Assembly (NCBI GenBank): GCA_013178165.1
Contig: JABLXG010000036.1
Span: 6,874 to 70,873, forward strand
Source: Anaerolineae bacterium
Lineage (GTDB): Bacteria > Chloroflexota > Anaerolineae > Aggregatilineales > Ch27
Reading direction: 5' to 3'
DNA: 64,000 bases
The notes below the pieces were generated by a model. The model was not told the origin of the DNA and ran no database searches. It worked only from the letters and a program-made list of their open reading frames with translations. This document shows positions 1 through 9,357 of this stretch, piece after piece. The position numbers were made by a program, and so were the translations under genes. Position 1 is the stretch's first letter; every line of letters begins with the position of its first letter.

Positions 1-1
1 G

Positions 2-211
2 CTGCTTGTACGGGAGATCTTCAACATCATCACCCACCTGAACCGCGAGCAGCGCACGACCATCTTGCTGGTGGAACAGAACGCGCACATGGCGCTGGCG
101 ATCGCCAGTCGGGGATATGTTCTGCAGACCGGCCAGATCATGCTATCGGATTCAGCCAAAGCCCTCCAGCAAAACGAAATGGTGCGCCGGGCCTACCTTG
201 GCGAACATTAG
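2..211 (+). CDS. livF: Branched-chain amino acid ABC transporter ATP-binding protein, C-terminal fragment (5' end outside window)
   Basis: Frame-2 translation from the window edge: LLVREIFNIITHLNREQRTTILLVEQNAHMALAIASRGYVLQTGQIMLSDSAKALQQNEMVRRAYLGEH*. It has the ABC D-loop/H-loop region (LLVEQN..H) and the VRRAYLG tail typical of LivF/BraG. Stop TAG at 209-211. Confidence 0.8.
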   Translation: MLVREIFNIITHLNREQRTTILLVEQNAHMALAIASRGYVLQTGQIMLSDSAKALQQNEMVRRAYLGEH

Positions 212-300
212 GCAAACCGGCGGGCTTACCATCCTGATCGCACAAGAACGCCCCGGCTGCTCACCGGGGCGCCCTGCTTGTGCGATCTGACGGGGATAGC

Positions 301-810
301 CTAAGTGCTGCCCGGCAAATCCGGGTTAGCGCCGGTTTCGTCACCGGCATCCGGCGATTCTCTATCCTCCCAGTAGCTCTTCCACAGCAGATCGCGGGGG
401 ATCTCGCCAGTAAAGAAGAAGTCCAGCAACGCCCGGAGCGCCACGTCTCTGGTCACGGTCTTGTATAGCGCGATCTCCAGCGGTTCAGGATGTACACTGA
501 TCGGCACGGTCACCGCCGGGTTGGCCGGGATGGCGGGATCGATGAGGTATAGCGGCGGCTCGCGCATATTGTCCGGCAGGTAGGAGACTGTGACCCGCTG
601 GCTGCGTGTTGCACCAACCTCCATCGAGCCAGCGCCGCACAGTTCCAGCCGGACATCTGGAAACAGGTTATCCTCCAGTTGCTCGATCACCGTCTCCAGC
701 ACCTCATAGGTGAAGAAATCGATCAACACAGAGGCAAGTTCCTGACCCTGTTGTTCACTCAGACGCAGAATCCACATGGTTTGTCTCAACCGTCTATGGT
801 GGCAGGCCAT
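301..810 (-). CDS. Hypothetical protein (no recognisable motif)
   Basis: 169-aa ORF in the track. An alternative start at 777 gives MWILRLSEQQ.... No clear SD for either start and no family recognised. Confidence 0.4.
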   Translation of the reverse strand: MACHHRRLRQTMWILRLSEQQGQELASVLIDFFTYEVLETVIEQLEDNLFPDVRLELCGAGSMEVGATRSQRVTVSYLPDNMREPPLYLIDPAIPANPAVTVPISVHPEPLEIALYKTVTRDVALRALLDFFFTGEIPRDLLWKSYWEDRESPDAGDETGANPDLPGST

Positions 811-1010
811 ACCTATTTGCCACTGTGCCCTGTACTCCCTGCTTACACCCGCTTGGCCCGCCTGTCAAGCGAGCGCGATCGCCTGCTCATCCCGACCTAT
901 CCAGTGTACGCCACCTGGCCTGCCCTGGCGCCTTCACCCCGGCACACAACTTTGCGGCGCAGCCAGCGTAGACTCTTGTGGTACGGCTGTTGTCACCGAC
1001 AGGTTGAAGC

Positions 1011-1499
1011 ATGACTGACGCTCTCTTCCCGATCGTCATCCTGATCCTGATGCTGCTGGCGACGGCAGCATCGCTGCTGCCGGTCATCCCCGGCCCGGCC
1101 CTAGTCTGGGCAATCGGCATGTTCTATGCCACCCTGACCCGCTTTGAGCAGGTGTCTCCTCTTGCCGCAGTACTGATGACCCTTCTGATGATCCTCGGCT
1201 CAACCGCTGGCTGGTGGATGCAGGCCGCCGGGATGAAGGCCCAGGGTGGAAGCCGGGCCGCCATCCTGGGCGGGCTGATCGGCGGACTGGCGGGCACCCT
1301 CCTCATCCCCGTCCCCGTGCTGGGGACGCTGGCCGGGGTAGTCGGCGGCACGCTGGTGATCGAATTGTTACGCCTGGGCGAAGCCAGCAAAGCGATTCAT
1401 TCCAGCCAGATTGCCCTCAAAGCCTATCTGCTGACCCTGCTGACCGAGACCGGCGCCTGTGTGCTCATCGTGATCATCTTCATCATCGCCGTTTTCTAA
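1011..1499 (+). CDS. DUF456-family small integral membrane protein
   Basis: 162 aa with four hydrophobic segments. N-terminus [19 protein letters not shown] and Gly-rich helices ([23 protein letters not shown]) are typical of DUF456. Confidence 0.65.
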   Translation: MTDALFPIVILILMLLATAASLLPVIPGPALVWAIGMFYATLTRFEQVSPLAAVLMTLLMILGSTAGWWMQAAGMKAQGGSRAAILGGLIGGLAGTLLIPVPVLGTLAGVVGGTLVIELLRLGEASKAIHSSQIALKAYLLTLLTETGACVLIVIIFIIAVF

Positions 1500-1738
1500 C
1501 AGCAGCCGGTCTGGCGGCGCTGACCTCATACCCCAGCAAGCCGGTTGCAGCGCTCCCGCAGATGCGGTTATGCCCCACGCCGCGCAGCCGCCCGATATCC
1601 TGCGTTACAACCGGCGCCGCCGATTGTAGCTGCAGCCAGGCGGTGCGCCACAGTCATGAATCCCTCGACTCTGGCAGCCTGAGAGGGCCTATTGTATACT
1701 CGCCACCACATTCGGACCCAGCCAGTGAGGGACTCGCC

Positions 1739-2362
1739 ATGCCCACCGATGCCATGAGCCGACGCGAAGACGAGCAGATCATGAAAGATGCCGGCCGCCT
1801 GCCGCCCGGCCAGGCGCTGACCCGCAAGTTCCCCGTGCTACACTATGGCCCGATTCCGCCGTTTGACCCGGCCACCTGGACGCTGCGCGTCTTTGGCGAA
1901 GTCGAAGCGGAAACACAGTGGACCTGGGCGGAATTCATCCAGCTCCCGACAGTCACCATCACTGCTGACATCCACTGTGTGACCGGTTGGAGCAAGTTCG
2001 ATACCACCTGGGAGGGGCCGCGCTTCCGCGATTTTCTGCAACTATTCACCCTCAAACCCACCGCGCGGTACGTCATCGCCCACGCCGAGTATGGCTTTAC
2101 CGCCAACCTGCCGCTGGAGATCATGCTGGATGATGACGTCCTACTGGCCTGGAAATACGACGGCCAGCCGCTGACGCCGGAGCATGGCTGTCCATTACGG
2201 CTGGTCGTCCCCAGGCGCTATTTCTGGAAAAGCGCCAAGTGGCTGCGCGGGCTGGAATTCAGCGCGGAAGATAAACCAGGCTTCTGGGAACGGGCTGGCT
2301 ACCACAACAACGGCGATCCTTTCAAAGAGGAACGCACCCAGCCGCGTATTGGCCGTCTATAG
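1739..2362 (+). CDS. Sulfite oxidase-like molybdopterin-binding oxidoreductase (catalytic-domain-only type)
   Basis: In-frame ATG at 1739 within ORF 1214..2362. Motifs: [27 protein letters not shown] (Moco-ligand Cys), [19 protein letters not shown]. The upstream part of the ORF is Arg/Pro-rich junk. Confidence 0.8.
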   Translation: MPTDAMSRREDEQIMKDAGRLPPGQALTRKFPVLHYGPIPPFDPATWTLRVFGEVEAETQWTWAEFIQLPTVTITADIHCVTGWSKFDTTWEGPRFRDFLQLFTLKPTARYVIAHAEYGFTANLPLEIMLDDDVLLAWKYDGQPLTPEHGCPLRLVVPRRYFWKSAKWLRGLEFSAEDKPGFWERAGYHNNGDPFKEERTQPRIGRL

Positions 2363-2409
2363 GCGCAGACCGCCCTGGTCGGGCAGCCTGCGCCCGTACA
2401 CGCCAGGCG

Positions 2410-3399
2410 CTATGACCAGTCCGGGCGCAACGCGCCCCGCCCACTGAGCAGGCGGTCAATTGCCATCGCAGCGATCACGCCGTCAGCCGCAGCGACCACC
2501 GCCTGTTTGATGTGATTGCACAGCAGATCGCCCACCGCAAACACACCCGGCACGCTGGTCTGATAGTGCTGATCGACAACCAGGCAGCCCGTCTCGGTGC
2601 TTTGCAGCTCGCCCTGGAGATAATCCGTAATCGGCTTGCTGCCCTGCAGGTAAACGAATGCCCCCGCCACCGGCAGGATTTCCTCCCCGCCTTCACGCGG
2701 TGCGATACGCACACTGTGTACCACCCGATCGCCCATGATCTCGCGCAGGCGGGTAGCGTAACGCACCTCGATAGCCGGCGTCGCCTCAACCTCGCGGAGC
2801 AGTTCCTCACTCACCTTGAGGTCGGGCGTCTGCACCAGCAAGATAACCCGGCGGGCGAACTTGGCCAGATGTAGCGCTTCTTCCACGGCTTCGTCATTGT
2901 TCCCGGCCACGACCACATCCTTGCCCTGGAAGAAAGCCGCGTCACAGGTGGCGCAGTAGCTCACACCCCGGCCCAGGAATTCCTCCTCACCTTTGACGCC
3001 TTTGGCCCGGCCCATCGAACCGGTTGCCAGCACCACAGCGCGGGCAGTGTACGTGCCCTCCCCGGCAAAGATCACCTTGGGATCGCTGCGCAGATCAACC
3101 GACAGCACCTTATCCTGCACGAACTCCGCGCCAAAGGCGCGCGCCTGATCGCGCATGGTCTGTAGCAACTGGGCACCGCTCACCTCGCCCGCCACACCAG
3201 GATAGTTGGCGATCTTGTGGGTCAGACCCAGCGCGCCCGCGGTAAGCCCTTTATCGATCACCAGGGTGCGGTATTTGGCGCGGGCAGTATAGATTGCGGC
3301 AGAGGCCCCCGCCGGGCCGCCGCCGATGATGATCACATCGTAGTCTCTGTTCTGGTCGCTGGCATCTTTGCCGCCCAGCGGTAGATTGAAGCTGACCAT
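2410..3399 (-). CDS. trxB: Thioredoxin-disulfide reductase
   Basis: 329 aa. FAD site DVIIIGGGPAG, redox-active CATC, NADPH site VVVAGNNDEA, C-terminal GVFAVGD. Confidence 0.85.
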   Translation of the reverse strand: MVSFNLPLGGKDASDQNRDYDVIIIGGGPAGASAAIYTARAKYRTLVIDKGLTAGALGLTHKIANYPGVAGEVSGAQLLQTMRDQARAFGAEFVQDKVLSVDLRSDPKVIFAGEGTYTARAVVLATGSMGRAKGVKGEEEFLGRGVSYCATCDAAFFQGKDVVVAGNNDEAVEEALHLAKFARRVILLVQTPDLKVSEELLREVEATPAIEVRYATRLREIMGDRVVHSVRIAPREGGEEILPVAGAFVYLQGSKPITDYLQGELQSTETGCLVVDQHYQTSVPGVFAVGDLLCNHIKQAVVAAADGVIAAMAIDRLLSGRGALRPDWS

Positions 3400-3546
3400 A
3401 GTTTCTCACTCCATCCGGGATATCGACACTACTTCCTGGGGTTGTTCGATGCAGGACAGGGAAAGATCGTCACACCCGCCGCCGATTTCTAACGTGTTTT
3501 CTATATGACCTGCCAGTGCCTGCGACTGTTTTTCTAGCCCTGCTCA

Positions 3547-3575
3547 TTGACTTTTGGCGACAAAGACAGTATAGT
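3547..3575 (+). promoter_or_regulatory. Sigma-70-type promoter candidate for cysM (TTGACT-17 nt-TATAGT)
   Basis: TTGACT at 3547-3552 and TATAGT at 3570-3575, with an exact 17-nt spacer, in a locally AT-rich stretch. Confidence 0.5.
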
Positions 3576-3581
3576 TTTTGC

Positions 3582-3819
3582 AGATGTTCATTGGAGAAAT
3601 TGCCATGTATGCACAATTGACCTGCTTGTGTCTGAGGCGGGGCCGCTAGCCACCTCTTCAGACCAGGTCATCCCGCAGGTGAAAACTGAGGCCAACGGCT
3701 GAGAGAGTGGCAGCGTCCCCGCGGCGGTGGAGTTGCGCCCATCGCCAGCAATCCGGCGTGTACTGGGAACGCGACCGCTCTTTTGTTTTGTCCGTTGGAC
3801 TTTTGTTTTCATCACAGGG
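3582..3819 (+). promoter_or_regulatory. Long structured 5' leader of cysM with a Cys-codon uORF and U-tract (candidate attenuator or riboregulator)
   Basis: uORF 3605-3649 (SD GGAGAA 6 nt upstream) encodes MYAQLTCLCLRRGR*. A GC-rich segment at 3700-3779 can pair GUUGCGCCC with GGGAACGCGAC. It is followed by CTTTTGTTTT at 3780-3789 and a second copy at 3800-3809. Confidence 0.35.
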
Positions 3820-4782
3820 ATGATCATGACCGTTCAAGTATATGACCCACGCATCACCGTCCGCCCGGAAGCCCGTTCACTGGAGCAACTGGTCGGGAAC
3901 ACGCCCCTGATTGGCTTCCAGCGAATCACCCGTCACCTGCCAGAAACGATCGCCATCTACGCCAAAGCGGAATGGTACAACCCTGGCGGCAGTATTAAAG
4001 ACCGCGCCGCGCTCAACATCATCCTCCAGGCTGAAGCCGACGGGCAGCTCTACCCCGGCAAGATCATCCTGGAAAGCACCAGCGGCAACACCGGCATCGC
4101 CCTGGCTATGTTCGGCGCAGCGCGCGGCTACCCGGTCAAGCTCTTCATGCCGGAAAACGCCAGCCCGGAGCGCATCCAGATTCTGCGCGCTTATGGCGCG
4201 GAGGTTGTTCTCACACCCGCTGAAGAAGGGACGGATGGCGCGATGCTGGCCGCCAAAGCTTTACTGGCGCGCCAGCCGGAACGCTACTTCTATGCGGCGC
4301 AATACGATAACCCGGCCAACTGGCTGGCCCACTATCACGGCACCGGCCCTGAAATCTGGGAGCAAACCGGCGGGCAGATCACGCACTTCGTGGCCGTGAT
4401 GGGCACGAGCGGCACCTTCACCGGGGTAACCCGCCGCCTGAAGGAGCTGAACCCGCGCCTCATGGCGATCTCGCTCCAGCCGGATGCCCCCTTCCACGGC
4501 CTGGAGGGTATGAAGCATATGCCTTCGGCCATCAAGCCGGGCATCTATGACGCCAGCCTGGCCGACCGCAACCTGCCCATCCGCACTGAGGACGCCCACG
4601 CGATGGTATTGCGCCTGGCGCGGGAGGAAGGGCTGCTCGTCGGCGTGAGCAGTGGGGCGGCGATGGTTGGTGCGCTACGGGTGGCGGAAAGCCTGGCAGC
4701 CCAGGAAAAGGCAGCCACGATTGTGACCGTCTTCCCGGATAGCGGGTTCAAGTATCTTTCCCGGCCACCCTTCCAGGGGTAG
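3820..4782 (+). CDS. cysM: Cysteine synthase, CysM type (PLP-dependent, resembles mycobacterial O-phosphoserine sulfhydrylase)
   Basis: PLP lysine motif GGSIKDRAA, TSGNTGIALA, QYDNPANWLAHYHGTGPEIW, ITHFVAVMGTSGT, GVSSGAA. Start ATG at 3820 or 3826. Confidence 0.85.
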   Translation: MIMTVQVYDPRITVRPEARSLEQLVGNTPLIGFQRITRHLPETIAIYAKAEWYNPGGSIKDRAALNIILQAEADGQLYPGKIILESTSGNTGIALAMFGAARGYPVKLFMPENASPERIQILRAYGAEVVLTPAEEGTDGAMLAAKALLARQPERYFYAAQYDNPANWLAHYHGTGPEIWEQTGGQITHFVAVMGTSGTFTGVTRRLKELNPRLMAISLQPDAPFHGLEGMKHMPSAIKPGIYDASLADRNLPIRTEDAHAMVLRLAREEGLLVGVSSGAAMVGALRVAESLAAQEKAATIVTVFPDSGFKYLSRPPFQG

Positions 4783-4867
4783 CCCGTCAGCGTTGGCACG
4801 AGCGGCACATGTATCAACCGCATGGCCTGAATGAGCCAGCCTGGGGCGGGAAGCGCCACCGGGCTGC

Positions 4868-6055
4868 TCATGGCTCCCAGCGCTCGGTGACCCTGAAGCC
4901 GCGCTCGCGGATTTTCTCCATGAAGCGCGTCGAGGTCACCGCCTTCTCCATCGGCCAGACGCCGGGCTGCACTTCGCCACGGGCGATGAACTCGGCCATG
5001 ATCGCTGCATGCCAGCCGGTCAGCCGTTCCATGCCGTTGAAGCCGGTCGCCGGGTCGTAGCCGTCAACGAGATCGACGACCAGCGAGATGTCGCGTCCAT
5101 CCAGCGCGCCGGTGCCCCGCGCCCGCATGACGCAGATATCGATCACCTGTTCAACCTCGATCTGGGGCGCCAGCAGGGTATGATAGAACTCGCGGGGGAT
5201 CACGCGCATCCGGTCAGGCCCGACCTCGATCGGCTCCTCACTGAACAGGCCAAGGTCCTTGAAGGCTTTGAACTGGGCATAATGGCCTGGATAGCGGCAG
5301 ATTTTGTTCTCGTAGACCTGCAGCCGGCCCTCGTAAGTATAGGGTACGGTCGACGTACCGCCGGAGGCCACAAACGCTTCCAGCTGGCCAAGGCCGTCGA
5401 ATTCCAGCATTTCCAGCTCGGTGAAGGTGTCCACCAGCGTGATCTTGCCATCGCGCAGGAAGACGGCCTGCCCGCTGTATTCGTTGGTCAGGCCGTTGAT
5501 GTGAAAGGACGCCTGGTAGCCCCAGGGCGGCGGCGGGTTTACCGGCAGGCCGCCATCCCAGATGCGCACCTCGCGGGGAACCGCGCCCCGCGCTTCCAGT
5601 TGCTCCACGGTGTAGAGGCCCAGCGTGTTGTTCAGGCCCGGCCCCATCCCGCAATCCGGCACGATGCTCACCCCGGCTGAACGGGCCTCGGCGTCGAGCG
5701 CCAGCTGCCTGAGCACCGTCTCGGTATGGCCGCCCAGGTCGACCATGCTCGTTCGGGCCTGAATCGCCGCCTGGGTGCATCCGAGAATGAAACGGTACGG
5801 GACCGCGCACAGATACACGTCAACCGGCGTCAGCAGTTCGACTAGCGCATCGTAATCCCGCACGTCGATCTGCGCCGCGCGGGCAACATCGCGCCCGGTC
5901 AGGCGGTTGATCCGCTCCGCGGCCCGGCGGGCTGTCCCCGCATCCACGTCAGCCAGCAGGACGCTCTTTGCTCCACCGCGCATGACCATATCATAGGCGG
6001 CGGCTGTGCCCTGCCGCCCGGCCCCGACCACCGCATACCGGAACCCTTCAGCCAT
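4868..6055 (-). CDS. Saccharopine dehydrogenase family oxidoreductase
   Basis: 395 aa. N-terminal Rossmann YAVVGAGRQG, then DLGG, PDCGMGPG, and a C-terminal saccharopine-DH-like domain. Confidence 0.75.
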   Translation of the reverse strand: MAEGFRYAVVGAGRQGTAAAYDMVMRGGAKSVLLADVDAGTARRAAERINRLTGRDVARAAQIDVRDYDALVELLTPVDVYLCAVPYRFILGCTQAAIQARTSMVDLGGHTETVLRQLALDAEARSAGVSIVPDCGMGPGLNNTLGLYTVEQLEARGAVPREVRIWDGGLPVNPPPPWGYQASFHINGLTNEYSGQAVFLRDGKITLVDTFTELEMLEFDGLGQLEAFVASGGTSTVPYTYEGRLQVYENKICRYPGHYAQFKAFKDLGLFSEEPIEVGPDRMRVIPREFYHTLLAPQIEVEQVIDICVMRARGTGALDGRDISLVVDLVDGYDPATGFNGMERLTGWHAAIMAEFIARGEVQPGVWPMEKAVTSTRFMEKIRERGFRVTERWEP

Positions 6056-6099
6056 CTGGCAATCCCCCTGGTGTCCACCGGCACAAGCGTATCACCACA

Positions 6100-7209
6100 T
6101 CAAAGTGTCGTTTCGTCGCTGATCCTGCCCAGCCACGTCGCCGCCGCTACCTGGCGCACCTCGCCCGTATCCAACGCGATCTTCCAGGTGCCGTCCTGGC
6201 GGGGGTTGGTCAGCAGCACACCGCTGCCATCTTCAGTCCAGGCCAGGGGCAGCAACGGCACCAGCAGTGGATTGTAGATCAACTGGCGCTGTTCACCCCG
6301 CACTGTATCGACCAGCGCCAGCATAAACCGCTCCCGCCCGCTGGTTGCGCTATCGATGCTCAGGTTGCTGGCCAGGCTATAGACCGCCCGGCGGCCATCG
6401 TCCGCCACCAGCACCGCCCCTGCCGCCTGATAGTTGACATTGAGCGACCGGGTAAACACATCAACCCCCGCCGCCAGGTCCCATACCCGTACATCATACC
6501 CCCCGGCGGAACTGACCTGTTCCAGGCGGGCAAAATACTGACCATTGGCGGAAACCGCCCCACCGCAAAAGCAATTCGGCTCAAAGGGCAAGAGTTCCGG
6601 CCCCGCGCCGGGATCAGCTAGATTCAGCCGGTGCAGAGCCGCATACTGGCGGTAGAAGAAAAAATCGCCCACGCTCTGCGGCTGGCGGTCAAAGAAGAAA
6701 AGCCGGTCGGCGACCAGCGCCACCGGTGCTACCCGCATAAAGGTATCCGGCCCATCGGTCAGGATAACCCGCGGCTGGGTGCCATCAGCGCGGGCCAGTG
6801 TGGTGATCGTCTGCAGCCCACCGTCCGTTTGGTTGGCCAGCGTCCAGGCGATCCACTGGCGATCCGCCGAAACGACCCAGTCAATCCGGCGCGTCTCCGG
6901 GGCCGGTTGAATGAAAGGGTGCGATTCGATACGGCCATCCGGCCAGGCGCGGTAGATCGTCCTGGTGACCGGGTCTTCGTACAGTACATACCCGCCGACG
7001 ATCGCAAAGCGATCGCCGCTGACATCCACGGTGACAGTCTGGGCAGTCAGGGCATCAACAAAAAACAACCGGGCCATACCGGCGGGTGCGCCGGGAGGCA
7101 TGCGCATGACATAGACTTCAGTCAGGCCGCTATCCGGCTGGGCCAGCGCCAGCCCACCCACAGCCATCAGCACCGCCGCCGCCAGCCAGACGATCCCGCG
7201 CCTGATCAT
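6100..7209 (-). CDS. Secreted hypothetical protein, beta-propeller-like (TolB/PD40-like repeats suspected)
   Basis: Signal peptide MIRRGIVWLAAAVLMAVGGLALAQP. Repetitive beta-strand-rich sequence. Its start overlaps the cobB stop by 4 nt. Confidence 0.5.
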   Translation of the reverse strand: MIRRGIVWLAAAVLMAVGGLALAQPDSGLTEVYVMRMPPGAPAGMARLFFVDALTAQTVTVDVSGDRFAIVGGYVLYEDPVTRTIYRAWPDGRIESHPFIQPAPETRRIDWVVSADRQWIAWTLANQTDGGLQTITTLARADGTQPRVILTDGPDTFMRVAPVALVADRLFFFDRQPQSVGDFFFYRQYAALHRLNLADPGAGPELLPFEPNCFCGGAVSANGQYFARLEQVSSAGGYDVRVWDLAAGVDVFTRSLNVNYQAAGAVLVADDGRRAVYSLASNLSIDSATSGRERFMLALVDTVRGEQRQLIYNPLLVPLLPLAWTEDGSGVLLTNPRQDGTWKIALDTGEVRQVAAATWLGRISDETTL

Positions 7210-7976
7210 TGCCCCTGTCCCCCTCGCCTGGCCCGGATGATCGCCACCAGCTGCGGGAGAATCTCCCCGGCAGGGCCATCAAGCCACAGCGCGGCCAGCG
7301 AGGTGATCGCGCTGGCCGCAGGGTTGATCTCGATCAGGGTTGCCCCGGCGCGGAAGGCCAGCGAGGGCAACGCGGCGACCGGCTGCACCACGCCGGATGT
7401 CCCCACAACCAGCATGACATCTGCCTCCTGCGTCACGATCATCGCCCGCAACAGCGCCTCGGCGGGCAGATTTTCGCCAAACCAGACGACATCAGGCCGC
7501 GCCAGCGCGCCACAGTAAGGACAACGCGGCAGGCCATCCTCGACCGGCGCATCACCGCTGAAAGCCGTCGGCACTCCCCGGCAACTGGCAGTACACCGGC
7601 TGCCCATGATTGCACCGTGCAGAGGGATGACATCGCTGCTGCCTGCCCGCTGGTGCAGATCGTCCACATTCTGGGTGATTAGCACCACATGCGGCAACAG
7701 GTCCTCCAGTTCAGCCAGGGCATAATGTCCTGGATTCGGCGCCGCCTTCCGCACTATCTCGCGCCGGTAGGCGTACCACTCCCACACCAGCCTGGGATCG
7801 CGCTGGAACGCTTCCGGCGTCGCCAGTTCAGCTGGATCGTACCTGTGCCACAGGCCATCGTCCTTATCCCGGAAGGTCGGCACGCCGCTTTCCTTGCTGA
7901 TGCCCGCCCCTGTCAGGACGACCAGTCGCTGGCTGCGACCAATGATCGCGGCTGCCTCCATGATCCTGTGCTGCAT
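7206..7976 (-). CDS. cobB: NAD-dependent protein deacylase, Sir2 family
   Basis: GAGISKESGVPTFR, QNVDDLHQRAG, Zn-ribbon Cys pairs (C..C and CPYC), VVGTSG. Confidence 0.85.
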   Translation of the reverse strand: MQHRIMEAAAIIGRSQRLVVLTGAGISKESGVPTFRDKDDGLWHRYDPAELATPEAFQRDPRLVWEWYAYRREIVRKAAPNPGHYALAELEDLLPHVVLITQNVDDLHQRAGSSDVIPLHGAIMGSRCTASCRGVPTAFSGDAPVEDGLPRCPYCGALARPDVVWFGENLPAEALLRAMIVTQEADVMLVVGTSGVVQPVAALPSLAFRAGATLIEINPAASAITSLAALWLDGPAGEILPQLVAIIRARRGGQGQ

Positions 7977-8216
7977 AACCCCGACTCCTGGATCGATACG
8001 CGCCCGCTATTCTAGCACAGCCCGCCCTGCCCCGGCGCAATCCAACCGCTGATTAGAAATCTGACAGAAAAACGGAGCCTTATTGTCTGCTAATAGCCTT
8101 CCGGTCTATAGTGGGTTTACCGCGGGCTGAAGAGACTCCTGCCGCAGGAGCAGCCTGGGCAGGGAGTGCGTTGCAGCCGCGGGAATCGACCGTAGAGGTT
8201 CAAGGAGTACATTACC

Positions 8217-9209
8217 ATGACCGATCTTGAATCGGCCCAGGCAGTGCTGGACGCCCATAGCCGGGCGATCCAGGCGGTGGTGGCGGCAGTAGCGCCGGCC
8301 GTCCTGCGCGTGGAAGCGACGCGGGGTGGGCGCGGGCGTGACTGGCCGCCAGGTCGTGCCCGGACGGCTTTCGGTTCCGGGTTCGTGATCAGCGCGGAGG
8401 ATGGGCTGGCAGTGACGAACTTCCATGTCGTCCGCGACGCCCGTCAGGTGATCGTCCACCACCACGATGGGACGTCAACACGCGGCGAAGTCATCGGCGC
8501 CGACGCTGACGTTGATCTGGCGGTGATCCGCGTCAGAGGTGAGAACCTTGCGGCTGCGCGGTGGGGCGATTCGACCGCCCTGCAGGTGGGCAGCATGGTG
8601 CTGGCCCTCGGCAATCCGGATGGCGACTGTGTGGTGGCCACCAGCGGCATCGTGAGCGCCTTGGGGCGGCAGTTACGCGGCCCTTCCGGCAGGCTGCTGG
8701 ATGACCTGATCCAGACCGATACAATCTTCAACCCCGGCATGAGCGGCGGGCCGCTGGTCAACAGCGCCGGGCAGGTGGTCGGCATCAACACCGCCAGCCT
8801 GGTGGAAGCGCAGGGCATCAACCTGGCGATCAGCAGCGTCAGCGCCCGCCCGCTGGTGGACGATCTGATTCGCTTCGGCGAGATCCGGCGGCCGCTACTG
8901 GGCATCGCCGGAGAACGCCAGCGGCTATACGGCGGGCTGATCCGGCATCACCAGCTGGGGCAAACTCACGGTGTATACATCCACGAAGTGCGCCCCGGCT
9001 ACCCGGCTGCTAAAGCCGGGATCCGGGCCGGCGACATCCTGATCGAGGCTGATGGCCAGGTCATCGAAGGTCTGGACGATCTGCATCGTGTCCTGAGCGG
9101 CAAAGCGTTAGGGGCGGAAATGTCCATCCGTTTGCTGCGCGATCTGGATCTGGTAGAGGTAACCGTCACGCTGGACGCCCCTGCGGCAACTCCGGCATCC
9201 GAATCCTGA
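8217..9209 (+). CDS. S1C (HtrA/DegP-like) serine protease with C-terminal PDZ domain, no signal peptide
   Basis: Catalytic triad contexts TNFHVV, DVDLAVI, NPGMSGGPL. PDZ-like C-terminus (GDILIEADGQVIEG). SD AAGGAG lies upstream. Confidence 0.85.
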   Translation: MTDLESAQAVLDAHSRAIQAVVAAVAPAVLRVEATRGGRGRDWPPGRARTAFGSGFVISAEDGLAVTNFHVVRDARQVIVHHHDGTSTRGEVIGADADVDLAVIRVRGENLAAARWGDSTALQVGSMVLALGNPDGDCVVATSGIVSALGRQLRGPSGRLLDDLIQTDTIFNPGMSGGPLVNSAGQVVGINTASLVEAQGINLAISSVSARPLVDDLIRFGEIRRPLLGIAGERQRLYGGLIRHHQLGQTHGVYIHEVRPGYPAAKAGIRAGDILIEADGQVIEGLDDLHRVLSGKALGAEMSIRLLRDLDLVEVTVTLDAPAATPASES

Positions 9210-9217
9210 GTAGGTAG

Positions 9218-9245
9218 CCGCCCCGGTCTGCCATGGCCGGGGCGG
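9218..9245 (+). terminator. GC-rich hairpin downstream of the HtrA-like gene
   Basis: CCGCCCCGG (9218-9226) pairs with CCGGGGCGG (9237-9245) around a 10-nt loop. The T-tract is weak (TCTCCC). Confidence 0.4.
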
Positions 9246-9357
9246 TCTCCCGCCTGCTGCCGTTCGCCGCGTCGGGCAGACGCAAATTTCCCGCCCCGCC
9301 GCATCACAGGTATGATGATCTCGGTCAGCGTATACGATTACCCGGAGGTAGGAAGCT

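Noticed and set aside
1214-1738. N-terminal 175-codon extension of the sulfite-oxidase-like ORF, overlapping the DUF456 gene
   Set aside because: The translation ([20 protein letters not shown]...) is low-complexity and overlaps a better-supported membrane-protein gene in another frame. An internal ATG at 1739 gives a full-length catalytic domain.
3690-3790. Possible SAM-IV or SAM-I/IV riboswitch in the cysM leader. GAGAGUGGCAGCGUC and GCAAUCC resemble, from memory, GAGUGCCAGCGUC and GCAACC of SAM-IV/SAM-I cores.
   Set aside because: I could not build the expected P1, P3 and pseudoknot pairings by hand. The matching 13-mer falls largely in a helix that is variable in the family. The call would need Infernal against RF00634, RF00162 and RF01725. 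It is reported only as a generic structured leader.
7206-7976. Sir2-domain gene as a possible anti-phage (Thoeris, DSR or pAgo-associated) effector
   Set aside because: It is a short 256-aa canonical sirtuin with a Zn ribbon and a complete deacylase motif set. It has no fused or adjacent defence-type partner (TIR, pAgo, helicase, etc.) and sits in a housekeeping context.
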